Virus record (IMG/VR): IMGVR_UViG_3300042934_000547
Location: 1-64,000 of that record
Direction: 5' to 3' (one strand)
DNA: 64,000 nt
The translations under genes and the position numbers were made by a program. The notes below the pieces were generated by a model that was not told where the DNA came from, did no database searches, and saw only the letters and a program-made list of their open reading frames with translations. Each line of letters starts with the position of its first letter. Within the stretch, counting starts at the first letter, position 1. This document shows, in pieces, positions 58,301 to 64,000 of the stretch.

Positions 58301-58587
58301 CCTAATAATGTTCCAGTAGGGGTTGTAGATATGGTATCTGTGACTATAGTTGATAAATGAGCTTTACATTCGGTTTCATCGAAATAAAGCCATCCACCGA
58401 ATGAACAGTCAGTTTTAAATAAACCCCATTCCTCATATTTAATACCAGTATCTATAGAATATGGAATTTTCATACAAGTCCCTAGCATACCATTATTAAT
58501 TTTAGTACCTCCAGTTACTGGTGTATTTTTGTTTCTTATTATATCAATTGTGTCCTGTGTAAACGGATAATGTGCTATCAATCCCAT
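55357..58587 (-). CDS. Large modular tail adhesin (LamG x2, carbohydrate-binding-like, discoidin/F5-8-like)
   Basis: LIAHYPF and DIRVYNHTLS / DDVRIYANALS LamG ends; RYIRNW...NHW...KLEVSTNGVDW discoidin-like module. Confidence 0.75.
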   Translation of the reverse strand: MGLIAHYPFTQDTIDIIRNKNTPVTGGTKINNGMLGTCMKIPYSIDTGIKYEEWGLFKTDCSFGGWLYFDETECKAHLSTIVTDTISTTPTGTLLGYNAYGGLALTWVSNKIDISLLATVRSDASYGITISEIIPYNKWVHVYVTYDKLNQTISVFLDGNLINSQKLTSIKPSTTNTRYISNFFINLPTVYAGNGPNAVLPIRMNDIRVYNHTLSQKEVRDLYRTKIAHYKFDNPYEESTQNVIINTDLDVGWSKTYCTGIIWNDIEPPKGISSPVVSFYRSSAAECYWYSYGDYAPQEPGKTYTCSLYVKTRDSNFRIKFYTADNSEVGRYNSEYINVPGDDEWHRIIWQPFLNPMDSQSKSLSFEFFFGNPNGESQRTWFCAPQLEAKDHVTPFVNGIRHAIITDSSDFHEDISETLSIFSPSIISSNTKVGSNAMRFMDTQGLVKVQPNILVYQTATLTTWVYPIARQIISDRDMILRYKGIYLTINKDGYLSAHAYGKVTPGYHDYTGQVIPLNQWSMLTLVWESDNLKFYINGELKHTVVNTGYFTNTGEIYIGGEQQGTSPSRHFNGVIDDVRIYANALSAQDVKEVYETRAFIDDKGSLFCEEIVENDDDNLVWNGRLEDKSIRGFQNSGHGIFAPITGTFIATDGVFGNGCIDFPGYGEVFDDTLIPINNDNGVYEFNMWLRSTTTELSLGYMCVACYDREMKPISVSMVSNVGNTRTTLAADLKDGDTTVQLTSGVNWNNLEPGVRRYDKKIGIFDRPEYRNYEVARIDDYYLKVEGNVITLLNPWSRGLIKAGTKVSNDYDGGTYIYPFSGSIPQQWTKYSFKFNPKIGNFWVGTKYVRVGIFAGYGPGYKPWRFGGMTFKNITFPQNMIMPFNSGGNVSDKGILDASEVIAGGMPIRYIRNWIAGNTTGPNNHWFGLRAYNETEEEILTGKVCTTNAATMRTVAVPFDPNILYGGMLALPCMNVRDGSLGYIDTTTNEHCYIQVDIGYIATITRINLNHYGHDTRSYYKNKLEVSTNGVDWITIFDSDIEGEYVEPPDGKDFYLNPKESIFTNDGYVYCKQIIEN

Positions 58588-58601
58588 ATCTTCTCACTTC
58601 C

Positions 58602-61600
58602 TTAATTTTCAACAATTTGTTTACAATATAGATATCCATCATTGGTTAATATAGCTTCCTTAGGATTGAGATAAAACTCTCTTCCACTACTAGTTTCTGC
58701 ATATTCTCCATCCGCATTTGAATCAAATATTGTAGTCCAATTAACTCCATCAGTCGACACTTCTAATTTATTTCCGTGATAAGTTCGACCGTCGGAATAA
58801 TAATGCCATAATTTTATTTTGTTTATTGATGTAATGTATCCTATATCTACAGTAAGATATGGAACTGCCTCAACATAATTATTTGTATTTAAATTTCCAT
58901 TACATAATGCTGAACGAGGTCCTCCATATATAGGATAAAATAATCCAGCAATACCAGCATGTGCCACGGGAGTTTCTATTGTTAATTTGCCCAAAATGAT
59001 ATTCTCATCAACTTCATTATATGCTTCCATTTGAACCCAATGATTTCCACCATTAGCTGTGCTACCATTAATATGATTTCGTATATATCTAACGGGCATA
59101 CCACATGTAACAACTTCAGATGTATTTAAAATACCTTTTTCAGAAAGATCGCCACCATAGTTAAATGGAATTATTTTATTTTGAGGTGACGTTAAATTCT
59201 TCACAACTATTCCGCCAAATCTCCATGGAGTATACACTGAATTTACAGGTCTTGAGCTAATACCGAATAAAACATATTTAGTACCTGCACGAAAACTATT
59301 ATAACCGGGACCATATTTAGCCGAATAATTAGTCCATACTTGTGGATAATTTGGGATATGCGGGTATGAATATGTGCTACCACTAAAACAGTTAGCAACA
59401 TAGGTTCCAGCTTTAATTAATCCTCCATTCCATGGTTGAGTTAAAATAATTGTATTTCCTTCGACTCTGAAAAAATAAGCATTTAAACGTGACACTTCGT
59501 AGTTTCTGAATTCTGAATGATCAAATATACCAATCTGCTTAGTATGGTGTTGAAGTGTTGGATCAGTGTTAACCCAGCTTGCACTAGAAGTAAGCTGTAC
59601 GATGGTATCTCCGTCTTTTAAATCAGCAGCAAGTGTTGTTCTTGTAGCTGCATAATGCATAGTTCGGTCATGTGTAAGAAACCTTTTATCTTTATCAAAA
59701 CAAATAATAGAAACATATCCAGACGCCAATTCAGCACTCATACTACGTAGCCAAATATCAAATTGATAAACATCGTTTGTATTAATAGGAATAAGATAGT
59801 TTATATAATTCGAAATAGTACCATGACCTTGAAAATCCATGCATCCGTTACCAAATACACTATCAGTTGAAATAAATTGTCCACTTGTATCGGTACTAGT
59901 GGATTCAAATCGACCAAACCCCTTATTAGATTTATCTTCGAATCGACCATTCCAAACTAAATTATCGTCGTATTCTTCAATTATCTCTTCACAAAATAAA
60001 GCTCCTTTATCATCGATAAATGCACGAGTTTCATAAAGTTCTTTAATATCTTCTACGGTAAGTTGATTAGCATATATTCTAAAATCATCAATAAACCCAT
60101 TCATATCCCAACCTGAATGATAGTTGTTGATAAACAAATAAGCCCATGCGGATAGATTTACTCCCAATAAAGTATACAAATGCCATTTACCGTCATTAAC
60201 TGGTGCATAGCCTACATTTCCATCTATAAAAATCATAATAGCACCAGCAGCACTATGATAGAAATTACCAACTCCTTCAGCAGTAGCCATTATATAATTA
60301 GAACCATTTCCATAATCTAGACCAGTTCCATTCATGAATAACCAATTAGTTAATACATCTGAATTTTTAAACCAGAAACTTATGGTACCATTAATAAGAG
60401 CAGTTTTAACTATATCTGGTATTCTAATTGATTGATGTGTTTTAGCAAATCTAAGAGCACCACTACCAATTTTAGAATCGTTAGTAATGGTAATTGGATT
60501 AAACAAAAGCGTTCCATCATTATGAAAATCACTACTATCAGATATAACAGCATTTCGTATACCATTTACATATGGAGTATAATGATCTTTCTTCTCAAGT
60601 TGCACATCTCGAACCAAAATGAATGTATTGGTATTAGGTATAGACATCAATACATAAAATCTATAATATGAATTAACTTCAGCTACGAATGTTTTACTAA
60701 ATTGCCGTTCTTTAACGTTATGAGTTTTTGAATCAAATAAATTTACATCAGCACCATCTTTATATAGACCGAGATGTAATAGAATATTATCATTACTTTG
60801 TATTTTCAGTGAAACTGTATATGTAACACCAGCTACTAATCCCGTATAATCTTGATACATTCCCGGAGTAGAAGAAGCTTGGTTAGATTTACATTTAATA
60901 TAATCTATCCCATCTATTGTTTCCTTTGATAAAGTCACATTCTGATTAGGTTTCCATGATGCTAAATTTTCGCCATTTACAAATAGATTCTCAGTAGATT
61001 CTTCATATAGATTATCAAATTTATAATGACATATCTTAGTCTTGTAAATATCTTTAGCTTCTTTCTGTGATAGAGTATGGTCATAAACTCTCACATCATT
61101 ATAAAGTCCAGTAGTAGTATAGCTATTATAATTTACACTCCATTGATTTATCTGTAATGGCTGTTCAGTAAACTTAACTTTTATGGATGGTATAAACGAA
61201 TTAGTTAACACACCATTTACATAAAAACATATTTTATTTTCTTGTAAGTTATAAGTTAATATGATATGATACCATTCATTCAGATTTATTATTGGTCCAA
61301 GAAATTCATCCCAACTCCTATTTCCATTTATATATCCAACGGATGCTGATAATCTATTACCTGCTAGATTAATTCCAATATTTGATGTATTTACATAATT
61401 ATGCATAGTTAATATAGCTGTGGGACTAGTTGAATATGCGGTTAGTTTAACCCACAAACAAAAACTTTGATCCCCATTTAAATAGAAATTTCTATTAGAT
61501 GAAGCATATGCACCAATAACTGATGCTGTATAACACTTACCTAGTTTTCCGTTACTATCAATATTAAATCCATTATATCCAATTAAATGGTTATCATTTC

Positions 61601-61652
61601 CAGTATAATCTAGTAAATTTTCCATTAGTGGGTAATGGGCTAATAAACTCAT
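58602..61652 (-). CDS. Large modular tail adhesin, paralog of 55357-58587
   Basis: Same domain order with blocks of near identity (YETRAFIDDKG.LFCEEI, TRTTLAADLKDGDT); start at ATG 61652 (GGAGGTGAGG RBS). Confidence 0.75.
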   Translation of the reverse strand: MSLLAHYPLMENLLDYTGNDNHLIGYNGFNIDSNGKLGKCYTASVIGAYASSNRNFYLNGDQSFCLWVKLTAYSTSPTAILTMHNYVNTSNIGINLAGNRLSASVGYINGNRSWDEFLGPIINLNEWYHIILTYNLQENKICFYVNGVLTNSFIPSIKVKFTEQPLQINQWSVNYNSYTTTGLYNDVRVYDHTLSQKEAKDIYKTKICHYKFDNLYEESTENLFVNGENLASWKPNQNVTLSKETIDGIDYIKCKSNQASSTPGMYQDYTGLVAGVTYTVSLKIQSNDNILLHLGLYKDGADVNLFDSKTHNVKERQFSKTFVAEVNSYYRFYVLMSIPNTNTFILVRDVQLEKKDHYTPYVNGIRNAVISDSSDFHNDGTLLFNPITITNDSKIGSGALRFAKTHQSIRIPDIVKTALINGTISFWFKNSDVLTNWLFMNGTGLDYGNGSNYIMATAEGVGNFYHSAAGAIMIFIDGNVGYAPVNDGKWHLYTLLGVNLSAWAYLFINNYHSGWDMNGFIDDFRIYANQLTVEDIKELYETRAFIDDKGALFCEEIIEEYDDNLVWNGRFEDKSNKGFGRFESTSTDTSGQFISTDSVFGNGCMDFQGHGTISNYINYLIPINTNDVYQFDIWLRSMSAELASGYVSIICFDKDKRFLTHDRTMHYAATRTTLAADLKDGDTIVQLTSSASWVNTDPTLQHHTKQIGIFDHSEFRNYEVSRLNAYFFRVEGNTIILTQPWNGGLIKAGTYVANCFSGSTYSYPHIPNYPQVWTNYSAKYGPGYNSFRAGTKYVLFGISSRPVNSVYTPWRFGGIVVKNLTSPQNKIIPFNYGGDLSEKGILNTSEVVTCGMPVRYIRNHINGSTANGGNHWVQMEAYNEVDENIILGKLTIETPVAHAGIAGLFYPIYGGPRSALCNGNLNTNNYVEAVPYLTVDIGYITSINKIKLWHYYSDGRTYHGNKLEVSTDGVNWTTIFDSNADGEYAETSSGREFYLNPKEAILTNDGYLYCKQIVEN

Positions 61653-61686
61653 ATTCCTCACCTCCATTGTAATTTAAGCAAAATAA

Positions 61687-61715
61687 ATGTAGGAAGATAT
61701 AATACCTTCCTACAT
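61687..61715 (-). terminator. Terminator-like hairpin
   Basis: ATGTAGGAAG-atataatac-CTTCCTACAT followed by TTATTTT on the minus strand. Confidence 0.6.
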
Positions 61716-61741
61716 TATTAATTATATGTCTTTTTAAATAA

Positions 61742-62695
61742 TTATAAGTCAGAAGCTAATAACATAGACGGTACTGGTCTCATATTAGCACCACTACTTG
61801 GTCTTTGGAATACTCCGCCGTTACCATCTGGAACTCTATATTGAGTAGAACCACCACTATCTAATCCAAGGATTAATATACAACCTAAATCTCTCATATG
61901 TTGTATACACTCTTGTCTTTCGAATTGGTAATGTCTAGCTAATATAATATATCCATCATGGGTTACACCAATGCTTGTATGGTCAGTCATTCTCAATACA
62001 TCTCCATATATACCAGAGAAACCTTCTTCTGCTGGATTGAATACTGGATATAATCCTATACCACCAATAGCCCAGAAGTATGGTTTAGTAATTTCAGACA
62101 CATTCTTGATCAATTCGATATTAAATGTTCCATCTTGATACGCTACTAAAGTTCTTTGAGGATACCATTTTGATACAGGCTCCCAAGGAACAGCATGAGA
62201 TGCATACTCACATAATATTTCGTCTTCTACTGCCAATATCCCTGCATGTGCCCATATAGGAGCAGTATTATTGGTATTAGGTATTAGTCTCTTACTTTCA
62301 TAACCAAAGAATGTTCCATTCATACCAAATTTATTGATTTGCTCAATTGTATAAGCCTGTTTGATATTTGGTTCAAATCCCATTCCTTTTTCTGGACCTT
62401 CCCATATAGCAAAGTTTGCAGGATGCATTTTAATGTATCTAACTCCTTCATTATAAGGACTAACCCCATGGATAGTTTTTATTGTGGATTTGTTTATAAA
62501 CTCATAAATATTACCAGTAGGAGTAGTTGTTTTTGTTATCCTATTAGTCGGCTCTGGTGTAATATTTAACATTTTGCATCCAAAAGCATATAAATCACAC
62601 CATCTGACATTAGATTCCATCTCCTGTTTATCTAATGTAATTCCATGTTGTTGTAATGCATTAAAATATCTGTCTCCCCAATGTTGGTCTAACAT
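61742..62695 (-). CDS. Phosphodiester glycosidase (NAGPA-like) family protein
   Basis: GMNGTFFG, PQRTLVAYQDG, RMTDHTSIGV, ILGLDSGGSTQ (LDGGGS-like motif). Confidence 0.7.
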   Translation of the reverse strand: MLDQHWGDRYFNALQQHGITLDKQEMESNVRWCDLYAFGCKMLNITPEPTNRITKTTTPTGNIYEFINKSTIKTIHGVSPYNEGVRYIKMHPANFAIWEGPEKGMGFEPNIKQAYTIEQINKFGMNGTFFGYESKRLIPNTNNTAPIWAHAGILAVEDEILCEYASHAVPWEPVSKWYPQRTLVAYQDGTFNIELIKNVSEITKPYFWAIGGIGLYPVFNPAEEGFSGIYGDVLRMTDHTSIGVTHDGYIILARHYQFERQECIQHMRDLGCILILGLDSGGSTQYRVPDGNGGVFQRPSSGANMRPVPSMLLASDL

Positions 62696-62713
62696 ATTAA
62701 ATCACCTCTTTCA

Positions 62714-64000
62714 TTAATTTTCAATAATTTGATTACTAAATATATTTCCATATTGATCTATGGATATATCATCCATTCCTGATAAAAATAAGCTTGAATG
62801 TTCTGTACAAGCGATTAATTCTTCTAAGCTTGGTTCTGAACCATCACAAACTTCAAACCTAGGTCTATAAAAATAAGCCATTTCGTCTAATGATGTAGAA
62901 TAATACATATATGCTCTTATAGTATTTGTTGTAGCAGTTGATAACCATTTAAAATCATTGGCAATATTGAATCGCTTTCTACCTGTTATATCGTATAGTC
63001 CAGACTTGTCATCATTTACTGTTCCGGTAAAATCATATGGATGAATATGGGCAACCCATAAAAACCATTCATCACCTGTGTCAAGTGAATGATGAAAATA
63101 CGGATTAGATACAGCTACAGTTGAACCTAATAACGATATTGCGTTATTGGCACATCCGAGATATAATCTTCCATTAACGGGATTTTCTCTTCTCATCCAC
63201 ATGGATACCCGATATTTTTTAGTTTTATCTATACCCACATAACTATGGTCGAATCCACCGTCAGCATCACTTCCAATATCATTTCCCGGTGCCATCCACA
63301 TATAATCTGGTTCACCGTATGGATTACCTGCGATTAGGCGTTCATTTTCGTCCGCCGCACCATTCATGATCCATGGACCAATACTTCCCTTTCCTAACTG
63401 GTTCCAAATACTGTAATCAACCAGTGTAGGTTTATAAGGTTTAACTTCGATGAGTTCACTACATGATATTTGTGATTTGATATTTATATCTGGTTCTTTA
63501 TATTCAACAATTTTAGAATCATATGAATAATATACATAATCGCCAGTATGATAATATGTAGAAACTTTCTTAACCGATTTACCAGCTTGTGAAACACCCC
63601 GTAGTCTAATCCATCTCTTATATACACTGGTTATCAAAAAATGATCCTGCGTACTGTCGGAGTATGTTATAACCAATCCTCCCGGGATGTTACCATTATA
63701 ATAACAAGTATTATATACAATTATATCAAATAAATACCGAGTATTTGGTTTAAAATTATTAACCATATTTATCTGATTTGGTGCAACATTACCTATGTCA
63801 ACATCAACCTTATAAAATACAGCAGCACCTATACCAACACATGGAACCCCAAATATAGTTGCTCTATTACAAAATCCGTGTATATTTAATCTTTTTCCAT
63901 ATTCATATATATAATCTAAATCAAATAAATTTTGATTTTCTATCACTTCACCTACAAAAATATTATTTTTATCAGTATCAACTGTTAATTTAGTTTCGTA
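62714..64000 (-). CDS. Third modular tail adhesin, truncated by the window edge
   Basis: Frame stays open to base 64000 (YETKLTVDTDKNNIFVGEVIENQN = the same linker motif as in the two paralogs); ends GNIFSNQIIEN. Confidence 0.7.
   Translation of the reverse strand, partial: YETKLTVDTDKNNIFVGEVIENQNLFDLDYIYEYGKRLNIHGFCNRATIFGVPCVGIGAAVFYKVDVDIGNVAPNQINMVNNFKPNTRYLFDIIVYNTCYYNGNIPGGLVITYSDSTQDHFLITSVYKRWIRLRGVSQAGKSVKKVSTYYHTGDYVYYSYDSKIVEYKEPDINIKSQISCSELIEVKPYKPTLVDYSIWNQLGKGSIGPWIMNGAADENERLIAGNPYGEPDYMWMAPGNDIGSDADGGFDHSYVGIDKTKKYRVSMWMRRENPVNGRLYLGCANNAISLLGSTVAVSNPYFHHSLDTGDEWFLWVAHIHPYDFTGTVNDDKSGLYDITGRKRFNIANDFKWLSTATTNTIRAYMYYSTSLDEMAYFYRPRFEVCDGSEPSLEELIACTEHSSLFLSGMDDISIDQYGNIFSNQIIEN

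Noticed and set aside
4454-60671. Opposite-strand or nested ORFs in the track (e.g. 4454-4711, 8446-8694, 9810-10010, 21480-21782, 22298-22621, 26988-27392, 33251-33508, 41729-41995, 52121-52444, 54326-54538)
   Set aside because: They lie wholly inside longer, motif-bearing genes, lack RBSs and have the Ile/Ser/Phe-rich composition typical of antisense shadows of AT-rich coding DNA.
52240-61667. Diversity-generating retroelement or invertible shufflon acting on the tail fibres
   Set aside because: No reverse transcriptase or recombinase in the window. Paralogs are all co-oriented with their own starts, and differences are not adenine-restricted by eye. An element elsewhere in the genome cannot be excluded.
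2404-61715. CRISPR array from the recurring AGAGTAG/CTACTCT repeats
   Set aside because: The copies are dispersed inverted repeats at gene ends, not direct repeats with regular unique spacers, and no cas genes are present.
61719-61730. Late-type promoter GACA-N6-TA for the 58602-61652 adhesin
   Set aside because: It lies upstream of a terminator-like hairpin (61687-61715), so its function is ambiguous; left uncalled.

Overview
This is a 64 kb, strongly AT-rich, gene-dense segment of a jumbo (phiKZ/AR9-like) myophage genome. The host is probably an anaerobic Firmicute, based on AGGAGG ribosome-binding sites, a B12-dependent ribonucleotide reductase, radical SAM enzymes and peptidoglycan enzymes. 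Core genes: a phage multisubunit RNA polymerase beta'-like subunit (DYDGD), a probable promoter-specificity subunit, DNA primase, baseplate gp25-like and hub/chaperone-like proteins, prohead protease, class II RNR, ThyX and a DNA adenine methyltransferase. Blocks of minus-strand early genes alternate with late modules, and the right end is a large tail-fibre/adhesin locus. Two promoter classes can be read directly from the sequence: early YTGYAA-N17-TRTATATTATA and late (A/G)ACN-N6-TA. There is also a family of palindromic terminators. The standout is a five-gene-plus-precursor cluster at 47.7-52.2 kb between the tail-fibre genes and a lysin. It has a late-type promoter and encodes three radical SAM enzymes (two with SPASM domains), two small paralogous accessory proteins and a 133-aa Ala-rich protein ending in CxCxCxx heptads (15 Cys in 32 aa). 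It has no transporter or protease, so it is a candidate phage-encoded RiPP-like system that modifies a virion protein. Other leads: a ~400-nt structured non-coding RNA candidate, stem-loop/early-promoter cassettes, a candidate -1 frameshift, a nuclease-kinase-ART-like fusion, a macrodomain/NDT pair and three interchangeable-looking tail fibres. All family assignments come from motif recognition by eye; no database searches were run.
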